Source: the human T2T-CHM13v2.0 reference genome, Homo sapiens. From it: a stretch of DNA of 64,000 nt. The notes below the pieces were generated by a model. The model worked only from the letters and a program-made list of their open reading frames with translations. It was not told the origin of the DNA and did no database searches. The stretch is taken from the NCBI RefSeq assembly GCF_009914755.1, contig NC_060929.1; one strand, 5' to 3'. Shown piece after piece: positions 13,950-31,920 of this stretch (its first letter is position 1; each line of letters opens with the position of its first letter). The translations under genes were made by a program, and so were the position numbers.

Positions 13950-14285
13950 CCATACAGATATTAAAGCCCAGTTTGGCCAGATCTGATTTCCAAAAAAAAG
14001 GCAAAATTCTGGATATTTATATGAAATCTCTCCCATTTTTAATGGTCTAATTCTTATGTATTCTTATAGAGATACAATTTACACATGTGGTAAGTAGAAT
14101 AATGGTCTCCCAAAGATGTCCATTTGGTAAGTACATGTTTAGCTTGATGAGAAACTACTAAACTATTTCTAAAGTCACTTTCCCATAATCCTCCAATGTT
14201 TAAATGTTGGCAGCTAATTCAGGAAGTTTCAAAGCAAGGTATAGGCCTAACAGAACACACGTGCAGGTCAGATGTCAGATGTGTC
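13950..14285. mobile_element. MER103-like hAT MITE interrupted (~14040-14186) by L1M/MLT1 scraps
   Basis: aaaattctggatatttatatgaaatctc...aaatgttggcagctaattca match the recalled MER103 consensus. Confidence 0.5.
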
Positions 14286-16234
14286 CCAATGTTAAGGAGA
14301 GCTGCACTGGCCAGGAGAGGAAGACACGGGTGATGGGCCTGTGCTGATGGAGAAAGATGTGTCTCTCTGGGAGCCTGAATAGGGGAAGATTCTCAGAATT
14401 AGGAGAAAGGCAGGTGGGATGCCCATGATCACTGGCTGTGTCTGGCAAGCAGTTGTGTCCTTAAACCAAAGGAAGTTAAGCGGGCCCCACAGGAAAAGAG
14501 TTCCAAACACCAGAGAGAGAAAGAGCTTGGTTTCAGACAGAGATTGGAAGTGATGACAGAAAGGGCCTGCTCAAGGAAAGGAAGGACCTCAGGGGCCTTC
14601 CGGGAGGGATGGAAAGACACCAAACATCTGATTGGCAGGCGATGACACCTTACATGAGAAGTACCCTTGGTGATTTATGAAGATTTTCAGAAACATTATC
14701 TCATGATGCAGATAAAAGCCAAACTGCATGACGGCCTGTACTGCACAGGGGCTGGCCAGGCAGAAGACCCCATAGTGAACAAGCAGCTGGGCCAGCTCCT
14801 TGCAGGAGCACCTTCCCTCTGCCATATGTGGTCTGTGCTCGAGGATACTCCAAGCCAGGGTATGGTTTCTGTCTTGTAGTGGACCGAGGGTGGGGTTCCA
14901 CAAACATAGAGAAAGAAAAGCTGTAGAAGGGGCATTTCCCCCCTGTCTGGCTCAAAGGGGGTTCTGGAGGCACCAGTAACCCAGTGCCTTCCTAGGGCAT
15001 CCTACCACCCTCTCCTTGTGCCTGATACACATCTCTATCTTACAGAATTGTCTTTATAATTGCAATAAAATAATAAATATGTTTCTTCAGAACTCTAGGC
15101 AATTTCTGGACTCTTTGAGGCCAGAGCTGAAGTCTTAGTTATCTTTATAACCTCCGTGGCACTGAACACAATGCATGAGCCAGATAAGCCCACGGTGAGT
15201 GTTTTGCTGACTTGAGTCACAGAGCCCTGTAATAAACAGGCTACTCAGGGGTGTCAGTCCCCTCCACACATCTGGTTGAGACAGTTCCATCTAGTTCTGA
15301 TCAGTTTTATTAAATAAGCTTGTGCTGTGGGGCTGTTTTTTCCTTTGTGAACTGGCATTTCCAGAATGGGTTACCACGCTGGTGGTGGCCCTAGCTGATG
15401 GGCTTGAAGGGGAGGCATTCATCTTGTCCCATCGCGGCTCACTTAGCTGAGACCTCTGCAGGAGCTTACACGCGGGCCAGCAGAATCGCAAGTAGTTCTC
15501 CCACCACCCGAGGTTTTATCATTGCTAAGCTACTGCAAGATTATTGTAATTGAAATGGTTCTCAGGCTTCTGGGGTTCTTTCTCTCTATCTCTCTCTCTC
15601 TCTCTCTTTCTCTCTCTTTTTTTCTAGCCTGTGACTCACATTTTTTTCTAAGGCATTGTATCAGTGGCCTTTGCAGGCTGCTCAAGGGATCCAGACTTTT
15701 GCATTTATTGAACATGTCAGGCATTCATTAAGTACTGCACCATCAGGGAGAATTTCCCTGCTATTAAGCGTCGACTCCAGCCAAATCAGATTCACCTGGG
15801 CGTTTCTCAAAGAAAAGCCTGTCAGCATGATAATGGTTTGAACAGGGCTGAGCTGTATGGTTGAAGTGCGACAGGGCAGAAGACAGGCTGTGGTGACCCC
15901 AGAGTTGGTCTGTAACTCACAGAGGAATCACACAGTGGAGAGGCTTCAGAAAATCAGAAATCTGACTGTCACAGGTAGCGGGGCAAGCTGCCTGATGATG
16001 CACTTCAGGAAGGCTCAGCAGGAGGGTGGGGAGGATGGAAAAACCCGTAACGGAGCAGCTAGAAAATTAAGGCAAGGAAACCGTAAGTCTGCCCTCCAGA
16101 CTGCCACGGTTTTATGTTTGAGACTGAGGTCACTCCCCCAGGGAAAACAAGAGGAACTGAGAGGTGAGAGTAGGGGAGAAACACCCCTCACTCACCCCTT
16201 GAATAAAAACTTTGGTGTCAGTAGCATCCTGTAC

Positions 16235-16432
16235 TAATGTTTATTGAGCATTTATTATGTATCATACTTCATTCCAAGAAGTGAAGGTATATTCTTTAAT
16301 TTTTACAACTCTTCTATGAAGTACGCATTAATATTATCTATGTTTTACAGGTGAGGAAACTGAGGCCGGGAAGTTAAATGGCTTGCCCTAGGTCACCCAG
16401 CTAGTAAGGTGGAGGAGCTAGGATTCAGGGCC
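16235..16432 (-). mobile_element. MIR
   Basis: Core ttttacaggtgaggaaactgaggcc...gcttgccctaggtcacccagctagtaag. Confidence 0.85.
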
Positions 16433-17374
16433 ATGCCATGCCTCCAGATACCACAACCTTAGTGGCTTTACTATGTGGTTTTCCATTCCATTGGGCTGAC
16501 ACCCAAGAAGCCACAGGTACTCACTGTGGCCCATGCCCAGCTTTCTGTCAAACATTCCTCAAGTTCAAGGGCAATGCCTTTTCCCCTCCTCCCCTGCCCA
16601 CAAAACGTGTCCTCCAAATGGCCCAGCTGAGAAAGCAGGGAAATTTCTAGAAATATTTGCATAAACTTTGGGTGAAAGTGGAAACCCCACCAACACCCAT
16701 CCTCCATCCTCCCCACTCTGCTGCCTATGTCTGCCAGGCTGAGGATCCTCACCCTGGTGCGGGACGGCCATGTGGCCATTCAGAGTTCTTCCTACCCCCA
16801 TCCAACTTTGCAGTGCTGTTGGTTGCTTCAGAGCTTGAGGATCTCTGGACAGATAGGATTTGCTCTCAGGTTTCACATTGCTTCCTTCCTTCAGGCTGGA
16901 CAATTAGAAATGGGTAGGAGGGTAGTAAAATGGATGCGATGAACTATTCCTTCCAGGCAGGCAGCCCAAGCTGTTGGCCCTCTTCTTTCCATTTGGACTT
17001 GGAGCAAGTCCTTCAGTGGGGTTAGTTACTAGGAGCCATGTCAGCTGACCCTCACTCCTTTAAGACTTTCCCACCTTCATGCTCACCTGTACATAAGTTC
17101 TTTGTCACCTTCTGATGAAGTCTGAGCCTCCAAATTCCAAAGCTAAAGTGTAGTTAGCCCCTACCATTTCCTGTTTAGACAGGGCAAGATGGCACCCAGC
17201 AGAGGAGAGAGAGGACATATATGTGGACAATGCCCTTATCCCCTGGGGGGCTTGCATAACAAGGGCGAAAGCCCTCCCTCTTTCTCAAAGTCATGCTGAG
17301 GCTGGACCTCAATAACTGAGAAAGAAGAGTGATGGGGAGGGTGAAGAGGTTGGGGAGAGGAAGCTTGAACTAAA

Positions 17375-17760
17375 ATTCTGAAGTACATGAGATATTGTAT
17401 GCTGGTGCAGTCATTCTGGAGAACAATCAATGATGCTTGTCAAAATATGTAAATATATACACACCAATCAAGCATACCCCCATCTCTGGTATATGCCCAG
17501 AGAAATTCACATGTAAGTCATGAGTAAGGATGTTCACAACATGTTGTTTGTGAAAGGAGAGAGTTAGAGAATCTGTCTGTCCATCACTACGGGAATGGGT
17601 ATGCACAAGGCAGGGCAGTACTTTGCATCAATTAGAAACAATCATGGTAATTTGATACATCATAAAAGCAGCTGAGTGTAAAGTAAGACAAATGTGAGGA
17701 CTATATCGTGTTGTCATTATGTAAATGAAAAGACACAAATTTATCTTGCAAGGATTTACT
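17375..17760 (+). mobile_element. Ancient L1ME-like fragment
   Basis: tgctggtgcagtcattctggagaacaat...ggtatatgcccagagaaattc. Heavily diverged. Confidence 0.55.
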
Positions 17761-18002
17761 CACATTCAAATCCACAATTAAAACACATTGGCTATGATGG
17801 CAGTCATGGAAGAGAATGAGAGTGAAGAATGTTCATAAAAGGGATAATTAACAATGCAATTATTTGCACAATGCTGTATCAACAGCATCAATGATGTGGT
17901 ACCATGATATGGTCATGGGGAGGGTAATGAATTCAGTTCTCTGCACCTAAGGTTGAAAAGAAAATAAAATGTCAAGAGTTTCATTGGAGTTCATTTTAAT
18001 TA

Positions 18003-18407
<405 letters not shown>

Positions 18408-18789
18408 TCAGAGGCTATATTTTCTTACTTACACCTTTGCACCCTTGGGTTCTCGAAGCCTCAGTCCTGACACACATTAACTAGAAAATGTTTATTTAAT
18501 TCTAACATAACATCCTGAGTTCCTGTGTAAGTAATTTGCAAAAGCCAAAGAATGGATTAGGAACTCTCTGAATGAAATTTCTCTGCCCAGTGCAGGAACC
18601 TGCAGGGTTAATTGGTGCCTGTGAATACAGTATAACCACAGTCATTTTCCAAGGTTACAAAACACCCCCTCGTCCGTTCAGTTGTTTTTCTTTGGCCTTC
18701 AAAGACCTAAGTGTTACAGTTACCATTCTGTGCAATAGATCACTAAAGTTTATTCTTCATGTCCTACTGAAATTTTTTACCTTTTAATA

Positions 18790-18915
18790 AGTATGTGAAA
18801 TGATGGATTTATTAGTTAGTTTGATTTAATCATTTCACAATGTAAACATATGTTACAATATCACACTGTACCCCATAAATATATTAATATATACAGTTAT
18901 TATTTGTCAATTTAT
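18790..18915 (+). mobile_element. L1MA 3' terminal fragment
   Basis: ttagtttgatttaatcatttcacaatgtaaacatat...tgtaccccataaatata...tatttgtcaattt. Confidence 0.7.
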
Positions 18916-18973
18916 GAAAAGATCCAGGAGTTGATGTACTGAGGCTTGCTGCAGCTCATGGCTGATTTTATTT

Positions 18974-21520
<2,547 letters not shown>

Positions 21521-23698
21521 TCATAACAATGAAATTGCATTAATTCACAACATGGAGGGACAAGCTCTTTTAGGGAGACTTCTATGTATATAATTATTTT
21601 AAACAAATGTTATTTGCTTAATATGTCATGGATTTTTATAAGCCATAATGTATTTGAGCATATCAGTTTATAGTATATGATATGGTGTGTTATTCAATAA
21701 ATATTTAAATGTGAAGGAACTAGTAATTCAGAAACACCTATGACATGTTCCTAGAACTGCCTCACACAGCAATTTAATATTTTCTCTTTTTGCTGCAACA
21801 AATTAAGTGTATCAGTTCACACTGAGCAATAGGGTCACTATTATATCAGTCTGTGCATGTTTCTGAAAAAAATTATCACTCAAATTCTAAAGCACGATTT
21901 ATAAATAACATGTCCATTTTATCAAACTCAGTGTAACATATTCCAGGTGTTCTTTCAATGATCTTATACAAAAGATCTGGCAAGTTTTCTTAGAGGAAAG
22001 TTTTCCGGAGTTTTTACTCAGTAAGAATCAAATGCGTTGTGTCTTTGGTACTGTGATTCCAGAATTGGAGGAATCCAAAGGGATGAAGTTTTATTGTGAT
22101 ATATTATTCCACTTCATCATAACAACCTGATTTCAGCCTTCTGTTTCTCCTGGTTGCCCACAGAATCACTGCCACCGTCCTTAAAAACAAGCATTCTGGC
22201 CCTTTGTAAGAGCATTATAAATCATGGTTTCATTTTAGGGAAAAGGTTATTGATTTGCTCATTTTCCCCTGCCTCCCTCTGGTGCAGACTTCAGTGAAAA
22301 ACTGAAGCTTCCTTTATGAAGTATATCATAGCCAATCAAAAGTGTGGCCTGTGCTTACTTGATTTATAATGAAAGGTGACACGAGTGAGGGATTTCACAC
22401 TGCTCATCCTACAGTGACTGTAATCAAGAGATAAAAGCTAGAGCAACTACAAATGCTGGCCAGACTTCATCAGAATTATTTACTGCGTTTGCTAAGACAG
22501 GGACATTCGATCAGTTTAGATGGAAGAACTAACACAGTTAAAGGCGATGCATTTGTGTTTCATTTTGCTTTTAAAGCCAGCTAACATTCCACTTTTCCTA
22601 TCGTAATTAACTTGGCCTTTTAAGATTGTACCCAATTGTGATTTGCTTTAAGTGATTTTTTTTTTCACAAAAGGATCAGAAAAAAGACAAAGGGAGAATT
22701 ATCCATGGAGAAAAGGGCAAAAAAAAAAAAAAGGAAGTAAAGTAGTGATGAGACATTTAACGATATTTTTGAAAGGCCTAAAGTCAAGGAATAAGTGAAT
22801 ATCATTAGTGAAATGCAGAAATGCCATGAAATGTCTTGGCAGCAAGGTAAATGAGGCCCCGTTAGATTTTCTTTCTGGTTATGTTATGGATTTTTCTAAG
22901 GCATGATATACATTGGTTGGTAAAGGGAAAGCCAGCAAAGCTTTCTTTATCAGTGGTGAAAGAAAACATGTCTGAAGCTGGGACATTTGCAGTATGATTC
23001 TAAGTATATTTATAGAGAGATTGAAATTACAAATAAAAATAATAAAAATCATATCAATGTAAACATTTACATAGGAAGAGTACTGCAGTGTGATTAAATG
23101 TTTGTAGTGTGGCCGAAACTCAGAACACAGAATGCTGTCACTGAGGTGTATTGTGAATGCTTATATGGAAAATCCCAGGCTATCGATTTCACATGGCCTT
23201 TGCTTAGTGCAATAAAAAAAGGGATTAAGATTTTTTTTCAAGCATAATAAAACATCTGTGGACTCATTTTCAGATCTAGAGAAAAACATCATTATTTTAA
23301 GAATCCATATTTTTTTTCCTTTCCATTTAGCTCACACTTACTTAGTACATTTCATTAATTGTGTCTCCTACAGCTGAGCATGACTCTTTTTGCATCTAAA
23401 TTGATTAAAATAGAGAACAGTTGGTGATATGAGTTGTCTTCCCCCCACCGGTTCTATATGAAATTGAATAATTTATGTATTGTAGAAGACAGAGTGATCT
23501 TAATATAGAAATTGTATTTGCAGAGCTCAGTGGAGGTTCCCATGTTTTCTTACAAAGAAACTGATCTTTTGCCTTAGCTGAGCCATTTCTTCTCTAAGAT
23601 AAAATGAGGTAACTTTTTTGTTGGCACATGCTCCACACACCATGTCAGCAGCATACCCAAAGACTTCTAAGACAACTCTTTAGTTATCAAACAAAACT

Positions 23699-23725
23699 GG
23701 CTCTGTGGCACAATGGATAGCACGT
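23699..23725 (+). pseudogene. 5' fragment of tRNA-Arg(TCT)
   Basis: ggctctgtggcacaatggatagcacgt versus recalled GGCTCTGTGGCGCAATGGATAGCGCAT: 24/27 match, two mismatches are CpG>CpA. Confidence 0.7.
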
Positions 23726-23822
23726 AAAAGTTAGTTCATAGCTTCAGAATACATTTTACCTTTTATAGTCAATATTGAAAATCAAAGTAACATGTCCATA
23801 GTCCTAAAAATCAAATACACTA

Positions 23823-24120
23823 GGCCTGGGCATGGTGGCTCACACCTGTAATCCCAGCACTCTGGGAGGAAGGCAGGTGGATCACTTCAGGAGTTGAAGG
23901 CCAGCCTGGTCAACATGGTGAAACCCCGTCTCTACTAAAAATACAGAATTAGCCAGGCATGGTGGCAGGTGCCTATAATCCCAGCTACTCGGGAAGCTTA
24001 GGTGGGAGCATCACTTGAACCCAGGGGGCAGAGGTTGCAATGATCCAAGATCGCATCACTGCACTCCAGCCTGGGCAACAGAATGAGACCCTGTATCAAA
24101 AAAAAATAAAATAAAATAAA
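23823..24120 (+). mobile_element. AluS
   Basis: Dimeric Alu with A/(TAAAA) tail. No TSD seen. Confidence 0.95.
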
Positions 24121-24124
24121 GAGA

Positions 24125-24323
24125 GAGAGAGAGAAATAGAGAGGAGGGAGATGCCAGGTTCTTTTTAACAACCAGCTCTTATCGGAACAAATAAAGTGAG
24201 AACTCACTCATTTTCTACCACTGCAGGGAGAGCATTAATCTATTCATGATAGATCTACCTCCATGACCCAAATATTTCCCATTAGGCCCCACCTCCGACA
24301 CTGGGGGTCAAATTTCAACATGA
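24125..24323 (-). mobile_element. MST (MSTB-like) LTR fragment
   Basis: atgccaggttctttttaacaaccagctct...gagaactcactca...ttaggccccacctcc...aaatttcaacatga. Confidence 0.75.
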
Positions 24324-24330
24324 AACCAAT

Positions 24331-24713
24331 TGATATGGTTTGACTCTGTGTCCCCACCCATATCTTGCCTCAAATTGTAATCCCCATAATCCCCACATGT
24401 CAAAGGCGGGAACAGGTGGAGGTAATTGCATCCTGGGGGTAGTTTCCCCCATGCTGTTCTCATGACAGTGAGTGAGTTCTCATGAGATCTGATGGTTTTA
24501 TAAGCATCGGGCATTTGCCCTGCTTGCACTCACTCCGTCCTGATGCCCTGTGAAGAAGGTGCCTGCTTCTCCTTTGCCTTCAATCATGATTGTAAGCTTC
24601 CTGAGGCTTTCCCAGCAATGTGGAACTGTGAGTCAGTCAATTAAACCTCTTTCCTTTATAAATTCCCCAGTCGTGGGTATTTCTTCATAGCAGTGTGAGA
24701 ATGGAAAAACACA
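24331..24713 (+). mobile_element. THE1 (C/D-like) solo LTR
   Basis: TG...CA ends, tgatatggtttgactctgtgtccccaccc start, attaaa signal. 5-bp TSD CCAAT at 24326-24330 / 24714-24718. Confidence 0.9.
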
Positions 24714-24739
24714 CCAATCTATACCAATCAGTAATCAGA

Positions 24740-25505
24740 ATTTACATTATTCTGACTTCTACTGAACCAAGTAGTATATTGAGTATGATTACTTTCTCAT
24801 ACAACTTTTGTCTTTCCTGGAGTTAACAATTATATTGTGTTTTTATTTGCCTGGTTTTCTATGTGTGTTTCACAAATTCTTCCCATATCTATAGTCTCAT
24901 AATGTAGGTTTTCAACATAATGAAATGTATTGGGTGAACTATCTTACCACCATTTTTTTACTGAAGACATTTCTCCGAGAGTTCTTGGTCCTTCCGTTTC
25001 TTAGGTCTGCTGCATATCTGTCATCCTGGAACTTCTCTCCACTGCTCCCCTGAGTTGATCTATTTCTGGAACCCCTGGACTTTCTGACTTATACCTTCTT
25101 TTCGGTGAAGTATAATCTTTGGCAATTTCTATAGAAAAGTTAAACAGAAGTAGGTTGCTGTTGTTATTGTGTTTTGGTCCTTGCACAACTGACAGTGTCT
25201 TTATCATACCACATACTATATTGATAGTATGGCTGGACATAGAATTCTAGGTTGGAAATCATTCTACCTCAGAATGTTTGAAGATATTGCCCACTGTCAT
25301 CTAGCATCCAGCATTGTTGATAAATCTGATGCCTTTATGATTCCCTTGGCTTTATATATGACCTGTATTTTCTGTGAGTTCTTATCTACTCTTTATCTGT
25401 GGTATCATGATCATAATATTCAAATGTGTCTGTTACTTCTCTGCACTTTGCTGAGATTTATTGAGCCATTTTAATTTGAAGGCTTATGGCCCTAGTCCAG
25501 AGGAC

Positions 25506-25542
<37 letters not shown>

Positions 25543-25565
25543 TACATACATACATATACACACAA

Positions 25566-25606
<41 letters not shown>

Positions 25607-26090
25607 CCTCACCACCATTTTTTTTGTTGTTGTTCTCACTTTCTGGAATGTCCGTCTAATGGGTGTTGAACTACCTGGATCGATTTTCTAATATTTTGAT
25701 CTCCTCATTCCTATTATCCATCCCTTTGTCTTTTTATTCTCCTTTCTAGGAGCTTCTTTATATCTTCCAACCATTCTATTGAGTTTTTATTTCTGTTATT
25801 ACTATATTTTTATTTCTAAGGAGGGGTGTGTGTGTATGTGTGTGTGTGTGTATGTGTGTATGTTCTTTGCCCTTTTTAATCCAACCTTTCATTGTTTCAT
25901 GGCTGTATCATGTTCTCCTACATCTCTAAGGGATTGACTATGAGGTTTTGGGATGGGAGTGATCCGCGTTTTGTTCCCTGTAGTGTCTGTCCTTCTGAGT
26001 TCCTTTTTTTCTGTTGTTTTGGTCTCTCTTTCATGTTGGACACTCTCTTAGTACCTGAAAGTCTTCAGTTATCTATTAATATTTAAGAGC
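24740..26090 (-). mobile_element. Ancient L1M relic containing (CA)n 25508-25605 and (TG)n 25826-25862
   Basis: ggctggacatagaattctaggttggaaatcattctacctcagaatgtttgaagatattgcccactgtc is typical of antisense old L1 ORF1. Confidence 0.6.
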
Positions 26091-26892
26091 GAAGCACGGA
26101 AAATCTGACTGAAAACTGAATAAGGGGAGCTTGTCAACTAGGGTTGAGGGTGAGGGTGTGTCACAGTCAGGCGTTCTAGCAGCAGGCAGCCTTTTAATCC
26201 AAAGGTACTCTAATTGTTTGAATTTGTCTCTTTTTTAGAAGACTATTTTCTGTGAAAACGAACAATTCATTTTCCAGATTGGAGGAGTAAGCCTGACTCC
26301 TGGGGTTCTGAGAAGGATGTGGAGGGGAATGCCACACTATTCACACTGGTGAAAACTTTGACTTAAATCCTCTACTTTTAGTCTCACACTTAACTCATTT
26401 TCTTTCTGATTGATTTACCCAAGTCCAGACTATTGCAACATGAGTGAAGGGTAGTCCTCTGATTGCTTGGCTGGGGAGAAGTCTGAAGTTCTGCCCACTG
26501 CATTCACAGGTTTTCGATGAATTTCATTATTTTCAGCCTGTGTCTCACTCCTATCCTCCTAAGTATCTGGTGCCTTCAACATCTGACCCTTTTGGGATCC
26601 TAGGGAATAAATAGTCTTCCCCCCCACTTCTGTATGTCCTGACACCACAGTTTCCTTGGCTCCACTAAGCCAGTTATTCTTCCTCTGTCTGCTTGCTGTC
26701 TTCCAAAATCTTGTCGAGATCTCATCCCTCATTATCTCCTCTCCAGTTTTCTTTGTTCTTGTTCTTTATTCCTTTACCCTTACATAGTGATGTTTGAAAT
26801 GACAGAATGATATTTAGTCTGCCATGTCCATTGAGCAGTCAAGAATAAGTTCTCCATGTGGAATCAAAGGAGATAGCAGAGCAAATAAATGC

Positions 26893-27430
26893 TGTACTTG
26901 TGCTCTATTGCTGCATAACAAATCACTCCAAAACTCCGTGGCTTAAAACAATAACCATTTATTATTTCATGGTTTCTCTGGGTCAGGAATTTAGACAGTG
27001 TGCAGAGGAGATGGCTTGTCTCTGCCGCATGATACCTGGGGTCTTTGCTGGCAGTATTAAAGGCTGGGGGCCTAGTATTATGTGAAGACTTATCTAAGGC
27101 TGAAGGATCCACTTACAAGGGGGCTTACTCACTTGGCTACCAAGTTGGTCCTGGCAAGTTGGTTCATCTCCACATGAGCCTCTCCCCAAATGGGCCTCTC
27201 CACCCTGCTTGAGTGTCCTCACTATTAAAGGTTAGCACCCCCTAACCCCAAGCTAGTGATCAAAGAGTAACTAAGGCAAAATCTGCAATGCCTTTCCTGA
27301 CCTAGCCTGGGAAGTCACACACTGTCACTTCTACAGCATTCTGTTGCCACCCATGCTAGCCACAATTCATTAATGTATGAATCCCAGGTGATGTGGATCG
27401 CTAGGGGCATCTTGGAGGCTAGCTGTCACA
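26893..27430 (-). mobile_element. MLT1F/G/H-like complete solo LTR
   Basis: TG...CA ends, 538 bp. 5-bp TSD AATGC at 26888-26892 / 27431-27435. Confidence 0.85.
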
Positions 27431-27879
27431 AATGCCCAACTCCCAGGAGGGCTATCTGCTTCCCTTCTTTGCAACATGATTTTGTGTTGGAAAGAAGTCA
27501 GAAAAAATATTTTCCTCCCTGTCTTAAGCTAAGATGTTGGTGTTTTTGTTCCTTTTCCTTTCTTATGCTTTTTATTCTGCACCATTCATCAAATATTGTG
27601 CCCTTTTTCTTTGAAATCTTGAAAGATGAAGAATGTGAAAGCAAAAGAGAAGAATCTAATGCCTACTATTTGTTTTGGTGGCACCCCTACAGCATAAAAT
27701 TGTGGCACGTGTGAGGGAGAACATAGTGTTGGTTCAGTGCCAGCCAAGGGAGACTGCATTCCCACACCCCTACCCCAAATGTGGCAAGTAATAATTACAC
27801 AGCAGTTGTGTGATAACTTCTGCTTAAAGCAGATGTATTTTGACACATCACCTGTCCCCTGATATCAGTGTAGCTGTGT

Positions 27880-28306
27880 AAACAGTAGTGTGTACATTAC
27901 CAACATTTTACCCCAAGCATCCCCTTAGGGTCTCCGATTTTCTGCCTCAGGGCTCTCTCCAAAGACCTCTCATCCCCACACAGACTCAGCCTCGAAGTGC
28001 AGGGGAAGTAACTAACTAGGAATCAACCCTCAACTAAAAGACAACAGAAGGCAGTGGATAATTGTCCTCTGGAGGAACCATCTGTGACACATTCTACATG
28101 GTTCCTTAGAGGGTCCCCAAGTGGGATTGAGTCCCTCTTGTTCCTAGCAGTAAGCAGTTCTGTTATACACTCTTTATATGCTTTTCCTCCTTTCCTCTCT
28201 CAGTCTCTCTGATCCTTCCACCTGTGCTCTGGGTTCACCTCTCAAGTAAACCACCTGCACACAAGTCCCTGTCTCAGGCTCCATTTGGGGAAACCAAACT
28301 AAGACA
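27880..28306 (+). mobile_element. LTR16-like ERVL LTR
   Basis: 3' end gtctcaggctccatttggggaaaccaaactaagaca and internal gggtccccaagtgggattgag. 5' boundary approximate. Confidence 0.65.
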
Positions 28307-28407
28307 CCACCTCAAAACACAGAATTTCACGAGGCTCCAAATGCCTCAGAAAAGTAATGTAAATATAAAATGACCAATTTTTTGAAGTATATTAATCCTA
28401 GTTATGA

Positions 28408-29934
<1,527 letters not shown>

Positions 29935-30018
29935 GGTCTCAATCTCTTGACCTCATGATCTGCCCACCTCGGCCTCCCAAAGTGCTGTGATTACAGGCAT
30001 GAACCAATGCGCCCAGCC
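29935..30018 (-). mobile_element. AluSc-like, 5' part (A box and B box region)
   Basis: Minus strand ggctgggcgcattggttcatgcctgtaatcacagcactttgggaggccgagg...gaggtcaagagattgagacc. Confidence 0.95.
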
Positions 30019-30281
30019 CAGTTTGCACTTTTAATAAGGAACCCTGGTGATTCTTATGTAGGTGGTTTAGGAACCACACTTTAAAAAACGCTGGCCTCAT
30101 GGCTTCAAGTGAGACATGTTTTGTTTTATTGGTACAGAAACAAAATGCTGCGAGGTCACACAGATGGTGGGTACAGGGCTAGAGTTAAAATCCAGGTGTG
30201 TCTGACTTGAAGCCATTCTCTGCACTGACCATCTGCATAATCTTGGAGCATTTTGTTTCTTCATCAAGAAAACGAAGATGA

Positions 30282-30588
<307 letters not shown>

Positions 30589-31149
30589 AAGAAAACGAAG
30601 ATAGTGGCATCTACTTGTTAGGTCATTACTAGGATAAAATGAGATGAGCCATGTAAAGAGGTTGGTGAGGGGCAAGGCACCATAGCAAGTGCTCAGTAAA
30701 TGGTTGCTGTGCACACACAGAGCTATAATATACTTGCACTACAGAAATGCATGGAATCAAAAAAAATGTATGTTTTCTAAAAACAGAGTTAATCTGCTAG
30801 GGACTTACAAACCTCAAGTAAAGGATTCCACAAGAACGCTCTCAGATTAGTTCTACAGTCAACAAATGCGTATTGAGGGGATTTTATTTCCTGGTATAAC
30901 TCAAAGACTTCCTCTGAGGGTTTTTCAGCTGAGTGCAGGACAGCAGCTGGGAGCACAGAGGCAGTCCACATGAGCATTTTCTGGGCTTGCCATAATGCTT
31001 TTGACTGGGAAGACAGATTTTTTTAAAAGATGGCTTTTCCTGGATCTTTTTCAATTTGTAGTAAAATACACAGTGGGATTCTGAACACATCTCATTTTAT
31101 TTTCCTGCTGCATACACCCTTGGATGCTCAATAAGTCACTGCTGACTGG

Positions 31150-31745
31150 TGCCAAAGCCTCCTGCCTGCTCTCTTTGATTCTGCTTCTGTGCCGTGCCCC
31201 GCAGTCTATTCTCAACAAGACAACCAGTGTGGTCCTTCAAAAATCTAGATCTCTTCTGTCATTTCCTATTCTTGACCCCCTGTGTCTCCTCATCACACTT
31301 GAAAGTAAACCTCAAGTCCTGGCCGGGCCCTCCTTGGGTGTGCCCAATCAGGTCCTGGCTTACCTCACATCCTCCCACTCCAACTCACATGCAGCCACAC
31401 TGGCCTTGCTCTGCTCTGAATATGCCAAAAACATTTCCCTCTCAGGGCATTTGCACATGTAGTCCCCTCTGTTTGAAATGTTCTCTCAAACATCCACAGG
31501 GACTGCCCTCTCTCTGCATTCAGTTCTCTGTGGCTTGGAGAGGCCATCCCTTCCCACCCTACCTAAAATACCTAAAATAGCACACCCATTCTCAGTCCAA
31601 GCCCCTAGCTCCTTACACTGATTTATAACACACATTCAATATGGCATCTTCAGTTAGAATGAAACTCCATGTGGGCAGGACTTTGTCTCACTTACTACTC
31701 TGTCCCCAGGCCTAGAAAAGAACCAAACACAGTAAGCTCTCAAAA
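31150..31745 (+). mobile_element. L2 3' region
   Basis: agggcatttgcacatgtagtcccctctgtttgaaatgttc...tagaatgaaactccatgtgggcaggactttgtct. Confidence 0.75.
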
Positions 31746-31920
31746 AGCAGAATGAGATGTCAAATGAAGTATTTCTGGTGTGGATTGGGGCTGGCCACAT
31801 GTAGGATATCTTGCTTAATTGACAAATGATTTATAGAGCCCCTGTTGTACACAAAACATGGTGCCAAGGCAAAAGATGAGTAAGACCAAGTTCCTGCCTT
31901 CAAAGAGTTTTGGTCTTGCC

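Noticed and set aside
14589-14903. 104-aa ORF with protein-like composition
   Set aside because: No family recognised, and no poly(A) or TSD to suggest a retrocopy.
23661-23670. agacttctaa resembling the tRNA-Arg(TCT) anticodon arm upstream of the tRNA fragment
   Set aside because: Only ~9 nt and in the wrong order; compatible with chance.
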